A stretch of DNA of 64,000 bases from Octopus sinensis (GCF_006345805.1 NC_043007.1:4712001-4776000), one strand, 5' to 3'. Counted from the first letter of the stretch, positions 12,857-25,065 are shown. Program-made: numbers and translations. The notes: a model not told the origin generated them from the sequence alone.

Positions 12857-14016
12857 AAACACAATGGGGATTAACTGTTAACAGCTACAAAAAACAACAA
12901 AATGGTTTGCTGTTCTTTGAGAATAAGATACAACGGAGAATCTTTGGTGTTTTAACTTTTCATATTTTATTTGAATGAAAAAAATACTGCTTGACTGGGG
13001 GGGGGGGAGGCGGCTTGAGGAAATAGTTCCACAAGGTTCATTGTTAAAGACTGCCAAAGAACTTTCTAAATCAAATCCACATATAAATGTTGTAAGTATA
13101 TTAAATTAATAAAAGAAAAACACACAAAAAAGATGAAAATAAAAACAAACTTTTCATACAACTTTTGATAATATTAATAAAATGATATGAAAATTGCCAG
13201 TAAAATTTTGAAAATAGTTTAAGTAAAAAAGGAACAAATTGTTCTGAGACATGGAGAAGTGAAACTCCAAATTCCAACTAGAAGAAACTTAGGGTGCTGC
13301 TAGCTTTCATGATTTTCTGAAAGTCGTGTTTAAAGAATATATTACTGAATTATGATCAATAAATGAAATTTTCTGTAAAAATTATTGAAAACAAATTTTG
13401 AAAAAAAAATATGTATTGTTATTGATGTAGCTTCATTAATTTTAAGGAAATCTGTATTTGCATTTTATGTTTTTATTTTTTAAATGAGAATTAGATGATT
13501 GTTCACCAACAATGTTTCTTTATTTGGTAGAATTAGAAGCAACAACAGCAGAAGTATTCAGAATGTGTTATGACGAATGTTAAATGATGCAAAGTTTGAC
13601 ACAATATTTCAAAACATTTTTTAAATACTTTCATCAGATTTTGCTTTAGCGGAACGAATATCATGTTTGGACAAAAATCTGGAATTTTTGTAATGAGAAT
13701 AATTCAAGACTTTCCAGACATCGTAATTTGGCATTGTTAGAATCATCAATTACAATTTTTTTTTAGATTTTGTTATAAATGAAATCAATGAAACAGGTCA
13801 TTTCAATACACTTTTTTATTTTTTGACAATATTGTCTGATATTTTCCCTCAGTCCAACAAATGTTAGTTGCAGTTTGAAATAATAACAGCAAAATTATTT
13901 ATTGAAATTGCCAAAATAAAGCTGCGTATTTCTAGTTATGTTGGTCGTCTTGTGCTGGTGGAAATCAACTTGTGACCAAGACCACTTCTTAAACACAGTA
14001 AGTCCATGCAAATATT

Positions 14017-14383
14017 TCTTTCTTCATTGCCCACAAGGGGCTAAACAAAGAGGGGATGAACAAGGACAGACAAAGGGATTAAGTTTATTACATTGACCCA
14101 GTACGTAACTGGTACTTAATTTATCGACCCCAAAAGGATGAAAGGCAAAGTCGACCTTGATGGAATTTGAACTCAGAACACAGCAACAGGTGAAATACCT
14201 ATTTCTTTACTACCCACAAGGGGCTAAACACAGAGAGGACAAACAAGGACATACAAATGGATTAAGTCGATTATATTGACTCCAGTGCATAACTAGTACT
14301 TATTTAATTGACCCTAAGCATTTCACTTATTTAATGCCACTAAGCATTTCACCCAGTGCACTAACAATTCTGCCAGCTCGCCA
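14017..14383 (-). mobile_element. tRNA-derived SINE family B (Nin/Deu-like core) with internal duplication and 14 bp TSD
   Basis: Minus strand gagctggcagaattgttag...gttcaaattcc...ctttgcctttcatcctttt ggggtcgataa; TSD tccatgcaaatatt at 14003-14016 and 14384-14397. Confidence 0.8.
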
Positions 14384-15054
14384 TCCATGCAAATATTCCA
14401 AGACCCCAAGAAGTTCTTGTGCATAAATTTGTTTTGAATGGATAAAGTGTTGCACAGCAATGAACCCACATTTCAGTGCCTCCAGCTCTAAAACCAGTGG
14501 CAAAACAACAGAGGCTGAGGTGACCAGAAACCAACTGCACTTAAGGTTTTATACAGGAATTTTTCTTTTCCGAGAAAGAAGTTCAAATGAGAACTTGGGG
14601 TGCTTCAGTCTCAATGGTTAACATTAACCCAGAGCTGGGACTCCAACAGGTGTTACTTCTCTGAGTCAGAGTATACCTGGGAACAATAATCTTCTCTGTA
14701 TCGTTGTAATTTTAAAATATGTACTGCTGTAGTTAGTACATGCCAGGGAACAATAATGACTAAGACAGGGTTCCACATTTAGAATTTTAAGGTCCTCAAG
14801 ACCCAAGAACTCCCATATCAGGGCCCCACAACCAGATGCAGTTTAAAGTGAAACCATGTATTTTCAAGCCATGATTTGAGGATTTCTCCAAAGAAGTTTT
14901 GTCACATTATTATTAACAAACAAGGCATTTATATGATCCCTTGGCTTATATAAATGGGCATTTTTAGTGACCTTGCATTATGAGCAAATCAACTGCAAAG
15001 GAAACAATTGGATTTCACAAAAGCATGCAAAATACTTTTTTCATACAATTAAAC

Positions 15055-15365
15055 CAGAGCGGCTAACCAGCCTGAGCGGCTAACTGGCTTCTGTGCCGGT
15101 GGCACATAAAAGGCACCATTCAAGCATGATCGTTACAGCATCACCTTACTGGCACCTGTGCTGGTGACATGTGTAAAAAGATTCGAGCAAGGTCGTTGCC
15201 AGTAGCATGTAAAAGCACCCACTACATTCTTGGAGTGGTTGGTGTTAGGAAGGGCATCCAGCGGTAGAAACTCTGCCAGATCAGATTGGAGCCTGGTGCA
15301 GTCATCTGGTCCACCAGTCCTCAGTCAAATCATCCAAACCAAGGAAAGCGGACATTAAACGATGA
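15055..15365 (+). mobile_element. RTE 3' tail copy
   Basis: Same unit and tail sequence as the other copies. Confidence 0.8.
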
Positions 15366-15939
15366 AAAATAAAAGACAGTTTTGGTTTGCTTAAAAATAA
15401 AATAAACTGGCACAAAGTGATACTTTCGGATGCGTAAAATTTAAAACATAAAAACTTTTAAATAATTGGCACGAGAAAAAGTAAGAGAGGACATAATTTA
15501 TGAAATGAAATAAGGGTTATTAAGGGAAGAACTCATTACACTTAAAAACTGAAGAAATCAGAGAATTTTTGAAATTTGGAGAAGAAAAATTACAGGAATT
15601 AAATAAATTAAATAAAATATAAAATTGTGAAATTGATTTAAATGAATTTCATGACTATGAAGAAATTGGTAATATGGTTGAAAGAACTTCCTACCACAAG
15701 AACAATAAAGAAAGTGAAAGAAATCATGAAGAGAATTCCAGAAAGTTTTTTTGTTGGTGAATATTATTTGTAATGATGCAACAACAACAAATAAAAACAT
15801 TCTGTTTTATGAGAAGCAAAATGTTGGGGAAAATCATTAAATATAAAGAAGATATTATGAGATGTTGAAACATGTAGAACAAATGAAGTCAGTGTGTATA
15901 GGAGGAGGGACGAAAGATAAGGGTCAGGCAAATAGGGGG

Positions 15940-16233
15940 GGAGGCAAACAGACTGACACACTGACAGCAAGGCAGAGAGAGAGAGACAGATGGACAGACG
16001 AACTGACACAGACAGACTGATAGAGTGATAGAGAGAGAGAGAGGAAATGAGGGGGAAAGAGTGAGAGAGAGAGAGAGAGAGAGAGAGGCAGACAGACTGA
16101 CACACTGAGAGCAAGACAGAGACAGACAGAGTGAGAGAAAGAGACAGATAGACAGACGAACTGACACATAGACAGATTGATACACACAGACTGATAGAGT
16201 GATAGAGAGATAAGGAGGGAGTGAGAGAGAGAC

Positions 16234-16273
<40 letters not shown>

Positions 16274-16390
16274 GAACTAACACAGACAGACTGATAGATT
16301 GCTAGATAGATAGTGAGGGAGTGAGAGAGAAAGAGACTGAGAGAGAGAGAGACATACAGACAGACAGATAGGTAGACAGAGAGATAGATA
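15940..16390. repeat. Compound (AG)n/(AGAC)n microsatellite
   Basis: Visible directly. Confidence 0.9.
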
Positions 16391-17135
16391 AAAAAGAAAA
16401 CTAGATCTGTAGATGCTATAGAAAGATAGCCAGACATTTAATAGCCCTGCCTGTACAAGCATGCATTAACATCCATATGTATACAGGGACACAAACACAC
16501 ACAGATATTCAGCAGAGAGGAGCTCTGATGCAAACCCTCCACATTAAGAAAAAACAACAAAGGACAATAAACCCTTCCCTTCTGTTTTGTTATCCCAGCT
16601 GAGGTCAACTCGACTCCACCTCCCTACCCTCACCCGCTTGCCAGGCATCACCCCCACCCCTTTATGTTTTTATGTTTATAGTTCAGAATTCAAATTCATC
16701 CTGCTAACAACCCAAACCTCTACCACCACCGCCACCACCATCATCACACAGGACTGCCCCCTTGACATCATAACCGACCACCTCACCCTCCACGTACTCC
16801 TTAGTGTAAGGGCTGTTGAGGTCCTTATTTCTCTTGAAGTGCTCAGATTAGATAAGGCAACAACATGTGTGTTCATGCTATCATGTGACAGCCACTCACA
16901 ATCCTCCTCCTCCTCCCCCACCATTTCCCTTTGATGAACCTGCACCAAGCGACACACACATTCACATATTAATATGCATATTCAATCATGCTATATATAT
17001 ATACACACACATACTGTCCAGCCCGTGCTAGCGTGGAAGACAGACGTTAAACGATGATGATGATGATGATGATGATGATGTCACACGGCTGTCCATGTAT
17101 TTATCTTTCCATATAAATATATGTAACGGGGGGGG

Positions 17136-17330
17136 GGGAAGTTTACGAAAATAAACAAAAGACGAAGGCAGGTGGAATACAAACAAACAATTGTATTAGT
17201 ATGGCGCTCAGGAATAGAAATAGAAAAAGTCTTTTACGTTTCGACCCTACGCTCCTCTACAGAAAGATACACAGAAAAGAAACAAGGAGAGAAACAAATG
17301 CATGTAAAATAAAGAGAAAACGAAAGGGAC
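17136..17330 (-). mobile_element. PLE pLTR-type repeat (family C) with variant hammerhead
   Basis: Homologous to 48676-48845; minus strand tcttt-CTGTAGA-ggagcgtagggtc-GAAA-cgTA-aaaga. Confidence 0.7.
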
Positions 17331-17478
17331 AGTATATCTATATGTATATATATATATGTGTGTATATAAATTCGGGGTGAGTACTTGATAATTATAAGCA
17401 CCTGTGTATACCGTTTGGTGGTGTAGGTGGTGGAGTAAATTGATCAAAATAAAATAAAAACATGATGCGAAGGATTCA

Positions 17479-17556
17479 GCGGTACATATGTTTCGGGCCT
17501 TTATTAGACAGATTTATAACAATGCATAATGTATGTCTGTGGCCTTCTTCAGCCGC
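17479..17556 (-). ncRNA. Minimal type I hammerhead ribozyme (inverted copy)
   Basis: Exact reverse complement of 19511-19588. Confidence 0.8.
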
Positions 17557-19510
17557 GCACAACAGCTTCCACAAGGACATGTGTTACATCAAAAATTCTT
17601 AATCTTATTAACAAAAGGTCAGAGTTCAAACCATCCTGTATACATAAACTTATTAATACTTTCAAATACTACAATGCTTAAGTCTTATACCAATTCCCCC
17701 ATGCAATTTCCTCCCACCCGGTGCAACCTGTCGGCTCCAGCACATCCCGCTTTCCTATATGTGCGTGTATATGTGTATGTGTGTGTGTGTGTGCGTATGT
17801 ATGTGCACATACGTGTACGTATGTGTACGTATACATATATATGTACATGTGCGTGTGTGTGTGTGTGTGTGGGTGTGTGTACGTGCATATAGGGTTCCCT
17901 GCATTTTCCCCCTATATATACAAATTTTGTCTCCCATATATGACTTCTTTTCCCTAAATATTTCTTCTCCTACACCCATATCCTCCCTATGTAGTCTCTT
18001 TAATCCCCTATATCTATACCCTTTCACATTTCTAACTCAGATGTTGAACGCACACCGCCAAACTCCACTTCCCACCCTTCCAATTTTCAGTTCCCCCCGC
18101 CCGCCCCTACGTTTAACACACAACTTTAAACTTTACAAAATTATATTTTTATCTTATTTTATTTTATTTTTATTTTTACTTTTATTTTTACTTTTATCCT
18201 ACTTCCATTTATTTTTATTTTTATTTTTAATTTTATTTTTACTTTTATTCTACTTCCATTTATTCTCATTTTCATCCCTTACCTTAACTCTTATAATTTT
18301 TATAATTCTTATACTTCATTTCTAACTATTACATTGTATTTCTTATTTTATACTGTATTTTTTATTTCTAATCTTTACCCTTACCCTCATTCTTACCCCT
18401 AACTTATCGCTTTACACCTCTATATATGTTTATTTACTTACCTATGGATCCACCTTTGAATATACGAGCGTCCGCGTACGTGTGTATACGCATACATACA
18501 TATGCACGCGCATATATGTACATGCATACTTCGATATCTTATAGCTATACCCATGTGCGCGTGTGTCTCTGTGTGTGTATATGAGGGTATATGTGCACGC
18601 ACATACGGACACACAGCCGTGTGTGCGTGCGCGTATTGACATGAGTACGGGATTCTTTACATACGTTCTTATACACATCCTTTAATATCTTATACCTGGA
18701 CCTAGAGGCGTGGGCATATACGTGTGTGTATGTAGTGATGGGCGCGCGTATATACATGTGAGCGTGTACGCGCGTAATGTCCGTGTATATATGCGGATAT
18801 TCTGTTGTATGTATGTGTGTGTACGCGCGTGCGTGTGGTGCGTGTGTGTTTATGTACGTGTTTACACGCGAGTGCGTGTGTATGCTTATAGGCTTGGAGG
18901 CGTATATGTACGCGTGTATGTGGGTGTATATATCCATGATGATATGTATGTACTAGAAGTCCATTTAATTCAAGGAACCAGATTAAATGCTCAACAGCTC
19001 TGATTTACAACGCATTAAGTCCCCAGACGAAACTGTTGATGTACTGACAATTCTACAACTAAATTTTATCAATCTCCTGACCACCATGCTTGGTCCATAA
19101 CCTCTATACATCCCTTATCTTTACATTCTTTTACACTTTTATCATGTTTTTATCAGGTTTTTTTACTTTTATTTCTATTTCTATTTTTACTTTATATTTC
19201 TTTATACCCCCTTTACATCTACTTACAACCCTTTATCCTCTACATTTTTATATTATTCTATACTTACACTTTTTATACATTTTTTATCCCTCGTCCCGAA
19301 CTCTCGCCCCTCCATCTTCACCTCTATATATGTATTTATTTATTTACATTACCTCAACATCCAATTTTCCTCATTCTACATTGAGAGAAGAAAGAGATGG
19401 ACGCTTCAACTCTATGCTGCTGCCGCATTATGTCGTACGTGAATGAGAGGATTTGCATCCCCAACCAAGAATTTTTGATGTAACACATGTCCTTGTGGAA
19501 GCTGTTGTGC

Positions 19511-19588
19511 GCGGCTGAAGAAGGCCACAGACATACATTATGCATTGTTATAAATCTGTCTAATAAAGGCCCGAAACATATGTACCGC
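19511..19588 (+). ncRNA. Minimal type I hammerhead ribozyme
   Basis: Stem I gcgg/ccgc, core CTGAAGA 19515-19521, stem II ggcc...ggcc extended by acaga/tctgt, GAAA 19573-19576, palindromic stem III ACATATGT, GUA site at 19582-19584. Confidence 0.8.
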
Positions 19589-19610
19589 TGAATCCTTCGC
19601 ATCATGTTTT

Positions 19611-19652
<42 letters not shown>

Positions 19653-19659
19653 TCAACAT

Positions 19660-19845
19660 GTGGTGACAGTCTGTGATACTTTTGTTCTTTTCCCTCTAAC
19701 ATTTCCCCTCTTCATCTATTCTTTCTGTATTCATCTATTCTTTTTGAGCATATGCTCAAAACATTAAAATTTACTTCCAATTTTCCTGAGTATCAACCAA
19801 ATACACTGTTTGTTTTTTAACCTTACTCTTGTGCATTTTTGCTAT
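19660..19845 (+). mobile_element. Decayed family C pLTR-type repeat
   Basis: gagcatatgctcaaaacattaaaa...ttcctgagtatcaaccaaatacactgtttg matches the reverse complement of 17180-17260. Confidence 0.55.
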
Positions 19846-19909
19846 ATATATGTATGTATATATATCTCTATTCATTATCTATTTATCTCTCTATATAAAT
19901 ATATATATC

Positions 19910-20155
19910 AGCAGCAGCATTGTTTAACGTCCGTTTTACATGGGCTGTACGGTTTGACTGAAGTCTGGAGAGCCAGCGGTTGCACCATTCTCCAATCTGA
20001 CCTGGCAATGTTTCTACAGCTTGATGACCTTCCTAATGCCAACCACTCAGAGTGTAGTGGGTGCTTTTTATGTGCCACCAGCACAGGAGCCAGTCAAGCG
20101 GGCCTGGCATCGATTACATTTGGATTGTGCTTTTTACTTGCCACCAGCACGGGGG
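19910..20155 (-). mobile_element. RTE 3' tail copy
   Basis: Reverse complement of the common tail. Confidence 0.85.
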
Positions 20156-20238
20156 CCATATATATGTATATATATCCCATGTGTGTATATATGTATATAT
20201 CTCATATGTGTATATATGTGTATATATCTCATATGTAT

Positions 20239-20269
<31 letters not shown>

Positions 20270-20289
20270 CACACACATTTACATATATA

Positions 20290-21240
20290 CATGTATAGTG
20301 GTAGAAAGGCAGGTAAACTAAGAAGGCTCAATGTGTATATTACATGGAATACAAAATACAGAATAAAGGAAACAAAATAAATGAAAGGGGAAATTTGAAA
20401 GTCTTATCTTGACAGCTGTTTCAGGAAATGCTTGACACGTGTTGTAATCATGTTCATACATAATAAAGACCTATGATATTGTAGGTGAATAGAATAACAT
20501 AAGTTTCTAAAGATCCTTTAAGCAGAACCCAGTCACTGTCATCAGAAGCATATGACAAAAAACATTGAGTAGGTGGCTAAAGTGGAATTGATACTTTAAA
20601 GACTTCAGCTGACAAAAGCCAGAGCACACAGAGGTTAGGTGTATTATAAGATTGAGCGAAAAACAAAACGGTCTGTCAACGTGTGGAAAATAGCAGTAGA
20701 GAAGTGGTAAGGAGTAGACATGAGAAACAGAGGTAAGAAAAATGACAAACACTGGTCGAGTGGGAAGGGGAAGTACAGAGCATTGGTAAGAGGGGGAGTA
20801 GAGGGAAAAGTGTGCAAGAATTACTGTTTTAAAAAAAGGTGAGGAAGTTTGTTTTCTCAGAGGGATTATAAAGATTTTAGGTAATAAGAAAAGGTTTTGT
20901 AGGACTTATGACAACTCATAAAAATTGTGTCAGAGAAGTGATTTAGTAAGGAGAGGTCATTGTGGCATATTACAATGAGCAGCTCTTGGCAACACAATTC
21001 ACATGTTTGCCAACTTCCTATAAAGGAAGTTCTACCACTAACTGTGGACCGGGATAGGTTATGCCTTCAGCCATGAGGGGATATATGTGGCTGACGAGGT
21101 GGGGCAGTGTGTTTCATAGCACTATTAGAGAAAGAGCTCAGATGTGCCAGGAAATGTTGCTTAAGATTGACCATACTGCTTGTATGTACCCAGACAGGGT
21201 GGGACTGTGTCACAGTGGCTGTACACATTTATGCACAACA
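20290..21240 (-). mobile_element. Decayed Penelope-like 3' end with hammerhead motif
   Basis: Minus strand CTGATGA (20539-20545) and GAAACAGCTGTC (20411-20422), preceded by a pyrimidine-rich tract and weak FPGT...CPHL...FIG traces. Confidence 0.45.
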
Positions 21241-21360
21241 TTATAGCAGAAGCAATTACTTTTCAATTTACCATTTCCTCTTAAATTGCATGTTGTCTTA
21301 CAGTAGGTTAAACATGATCAATTATTAACTGTATTATGGTTAGTATGGTTAGCATAATTA

Positions 21361-22575
21361 CACAGGCCAACAAAAGAAAATTTTTTGCTGTTGTCAAAAA
21401 GTTTGTACCAGGACAATTGGTTTTTTGACACAAAATCCAAAAATGACATCCATTTATCACCATCACATCAAGATTTTAAGATACTGGATCCAGAGAATTT
21501 TATTACTCTCTCTCTTTTACTCTTTTACTTGTTTCAGTCATTTGACTGCAGCCATGCTGGAGCACTGCCTTTAGTCGAGCAAACCGACCCCCAAGACTTA
21601 TTCTTTGTAAGCCTAGTACTTATTCTATTGGTCTCTTTTTGCCGAACCACTAAGTTACAGGGATGTAAACACACCAGCATCGGTTGTCAGGCGATGTTGG
21701 GGGGACAAACACAGACACACAAACATATACACACACATACATATATACGACGGGCTTCTTTCAGTTTCCGTCTACCAAATCCACTCACAAGTCTTTGGTT
21801 GGCCCAAGGCTATAGTAGAAGACACTTGCCCAAGGTGCCATGCAGTTGGACTGAACCCGGAACCATGTGGTTTGTAAGCAAGCTATTTACCACACAACCA
21901 CTCCTACGCCTATTGTGTATTTTAATACAACAGTTTATGAGGAACAAGGCATAATATGCAAACATACAAAAGAATTGGTCTTTCTTCAAAACCAGAATGC
22001 TTTCTTAAAATTCTACAGGAAAACTCAAAAGAAATTTTAAACTTCTGCAAATTACATTATTGATGATGCATAATTTCCCATGAATTTGGATGATATTTAT
22101 CTGTGTTGAACCTCAGGAAAATCACAAGCCAAGTTCCAGCAATAATTCACCTCCTTATGCTAGTCTCACCTGTCTTGATACCTTTCTTGCATCAATTTTA
22201 TGTGCTGATGGAAACGGTTTCCCTGCTCATCCCTTATGCTGCCAAGATTTTCAGGGAATTTATCAAGATAACTGTGGAGATAATGCAACTTTATCTTTAT
22301 ATTTGCTCCTAACTTTTGAAAGTTCTCCAGTATTTTCTTGATTATTTCGGTAAAGTGGCTGCTTTCTTGTTGCCCAGAAAGTCGTTTACAACTTCTACAA
22401 ATGAGTTCCATGTTGCTGCTTCAATGCAGTTCTTTGAATTTACCAAGTTCCCATCTTCCATCAATTTTCTGATTTGAGGCCCATCAAATACTCCAGTTTC
22501 AATCTTTTCGCTGCCCAGACTAGGGAATGTGCTGTGGATATAGTGCGAGCATGGTCCATCTTCATCTAGAGCCGC
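21361..22575 (-). mobile_element. Chapaev3-like (CMC) DNA transposon 3' remnant, interrupted by a SINE
   Basis: Minus frames ALDEDGPC, GVFDGPQIRKLM, FLGNKKA, KLHYLHSYLDKFPENLGSIRDEQGNRFHQHIK; CAC-starting terminus at 21361. Family assigned from recalled motifs. Confidence 0.7.
21506..21910 (-). mobile_element. Family A SINE, full length
   Basis: Reverse complement of the 5055-5430 family. Confidence 0.9.
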
Positions 22576-22619
22576 CAGCATCACCAACATCATGACTTCT
22601 TCTTCGACCTGTCTTAGAA

Positions 22620-22935
22620 GTGGTGTTGATGATGTGGCCAGTAATAGTGTTGGCGGTGGTAGTTATGGTGGTGGCGGTAGCAGTGGAGATAGTAGTGGAG
22701 GTCGTAATGGTAGTGATGGAGGTAACTATGATACTGATGGCAGTAGTAGTAGTAATAGTAGTAGTAGTGGTGGTGGTAGTAGTACTGATGGAGGTAGAAG
22801 TGATACTGCTACTAGTAACAGTAGCAGTGATGGTGACGTTTGTAATGGTGGATGTAGTACTGCTGGTGGTGGTGGTAGAGGTTGTAGTTGCAGTATTATT
22901 GCCAGCAGCAGCAGCAGTAAGTGTGATGGTGACAT
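22620..22935. repeat. Degenerate (GGT/AGT)n trinucleotide tract
   Basis: Visible directly. Confidence 0.85.
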
Positions 22936-23761
22936 GGTCAGTAAACTAAGATTATAATTAGTTAATGCGGTCAATGAATGAAGATAATGGTTGATAAGGT
23001 AAAATTTAATCAGTTAACAGCATATGGTGGTCGATGAAGTTGAGAGAGTGTATTCATAGAATGGTTTTCAAAAACGATATATTAACAGACTAAACAATTA
23101 ATGGTGAAAGTGATCTGTAGGAATATTGTGGTGAGAAGTGGTCAGTGATTCCAGCCAACAATCATTCAGCTGTTGAACGGTCAAGCAACTTTGGTTTAAT
23201 CTCTTAACAGTTTGAGAAGTCATAAACTGTAATATAATTGTTACGTAAGTACGAATAGTGAGGTGGGTTATGAATAAATAAATATACCAAGTCACATAAG
23301 TTTAGATTTAGTCTCAAGTTATCTTCCACTGCTTGGTCTCAGTATATTGGGAAGCAGAGGGGAGAGAATCCTGATGAACTTTTAAATAATATATGAAACT
23401 TGTGAGTTCAAACCTCATCCAAAGCTACTGGAAAGGCCCTCATTGCCTGGATTTCACAGCAAGAATAAATTTGTATGGCTCTGAGCATGTCTATGTAGAT
23501 ACAAAAGTTTGGTTTTGTGGTTTAAAAGTCCACTTCTTAACTTGTGGGGGATCTACAGCAAATATCTTAGCAATTTCTTTAACCAGTCTGACTGAATGAG
23601 CCCTTGGAGGCAAAACAATATGTTCCAAGTCAAAACAACAGCATCAATGTTTTTGCTTCAATAAATGTAGAGAATCGCATCATCAGTAAAACGTGTTGCT
23701 GCTTTTATTCAGTTGAGCAACAAACAATACCAAATAATGCACACATGTAAACATATATTCA

Positions 23762-24170
23762 TATCATCATCATCCTTTAACGTCCATTGTGCATGCTGGC
23801 ATGGGATGAACAGTTTGATTAGAGCTGGCAAGCAGCACCAGGCTTCAGCTTCATTTAGCATAGTCTCTACAACTGAAAGCCCTATATATATATCATCATC
23901 ATCATCATCATCATCGTTTAACGTCCGCTTTCCATGCTAGCATGGGTTGGACGGTTCAACTGGGGTCTGGCAAACCCGAAGGCTGCACCAGGCCAGTCAG
24001 ATCTGGCAGTGTTTCTACAGCTGGATGCCCTTCCTAACGCCAACCACTCCGAGAGTGTAGTGGGTGATTTTATGTGCCACCGACACAGATGCCAGACGAG
24101 GCTGGCAGACGGCCACGCTCGGATGGTGTTTTTTATGTGCCACCGACACAGGTGCCAGACGAGGCTGGCG
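23762..24170 (-). mobile_element. Two adjacent RTE 3' tail copies (old 23762-23880, young 23893-24170)
   Basis: Both start with (ATC)n-ttaacgtcc. Confidence 0.85.
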
Positions 24171-24205
<35 letters not shown>

Positions 24206-24392
24206 CATACATGTGTGTATGTGTGTGTGTGTGCCTGATTTGTTGTGATTCTTAGTCATGAATCAAAAAGCATTCCACCGTAAAATCATTGAAGCTATAT
24301 AGTTTCATGACAACTGTACTAACAAACGATTCCCATGACTATTGTTTGTTAGTAAATAGTCATTAAACTATGCTTTATATATATCTTTATAT

Positions 24393-25065
24393 TTAGGCTT
24401 GAAAGAAATGAAGTTAGTATGATCCGCTGGATGTGTGATGTCAGTGTGCCCACAGGACAGAGTGTAAGTGCCCTGAGAGAAAAGTTGGGCATAAGAAGCA
24501 TCAGACGTGGTGTACAAGAGAGACAACTGCACCGGTATGGTCATGTGCTGCATATGGATGAGGACAGCTGCGTGAGGAAGTGTTACTCCCTAACTGTGGA
24601 AGGAACCTGTGGAAGAGGTAGGCCCAGGAAGATATTGGATGAGGTGGTGAAGCATGACCGTCGAACATTGGGCCTCACAGAGGCAATGACGGGAGATCAA
24701 GACTTTCGGAGATATGCCATGATTGAGAAGACCCAGCATCTAAAGTGAGATCGCAGCCACCCATGTCCAGCTTAGTTAAGGGTTCTCCTGATGCATTGTG
24801 TGATATGATGTGCTTGTGAAGACCTGTTGAATCAAGTAAAACCAATATTGTAGCTGTGACCAGTGACCCCTGACTGGCTCCTGTGCCGGTGGCACATAAA
24901 AAGCACCCACTACACTCTTGGAGTGGTTGGCATTAGAAAGGGCATCTGGTTGTAGAAACATTGCCAGATCAGATTGGAGCTTGGTGCAGCCGCTGGCTCT
25001 CCAGACCTCAATCAAACCCTCCAACCCATGCTAGCATGGAAAACGGACGTTAAACAATGATGATA
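24393..25065 (+). mobile_element. RTE LINE 3' end (ORF2 C-terminus plus UTR)
   Basis: ORF 24419-24748 MIRWMCDVS...LREKLGIRSIRRGVQERQLHRYGHV...GRGRPRK, then the tail and (GAT)n. Confidence 0.92.

Larger units (their letters stand above)
17454..19613 (+). mobile_element. 5'-truncated Penelope-like (Naiad-like) element with inverted 147 bp terminal repeat
   Basis: 17454-17600 is the exact reverse complement of 19467-19613; 17601-17681 encodes NLINKRSEFKPSCIHKLINTFKYYNA*, resembling the LNKRSE-x4-C-x-H end of PLE ORFs; HHR in each arm. Confidence 0.8.

Noticed and set aside
13590-13645. Minus-strand CTGATGA-stem-GAAA...GTC hammerhead-like string
   Set aside because: Stem I cannot form (aaaat versus aaact) and the AT-rich stem II may be chance.
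13100-13990. AT-rich segment suspected to be a hAT transposase relic
   Set aside because: No convincing conserved motif could be read in any frame.
16587-16957. 115 aa and 93 aa ORFs
   Set aside because: Low-complexity, non-ATG or unsupported starts, no homology recognised.
18935-19003. LEVHLIQGTRLNAQ as a GIY-YIG C-terminus
   Set aside because: The better PLE ORF end is at 17601-17681; this one emerges from microsatellite sequence.
23360-23420. CTGATGA...GAAACTTGTGAGTT motif
   Set aside because: Stems I and II do not pair; at best a fully decayed HHR.
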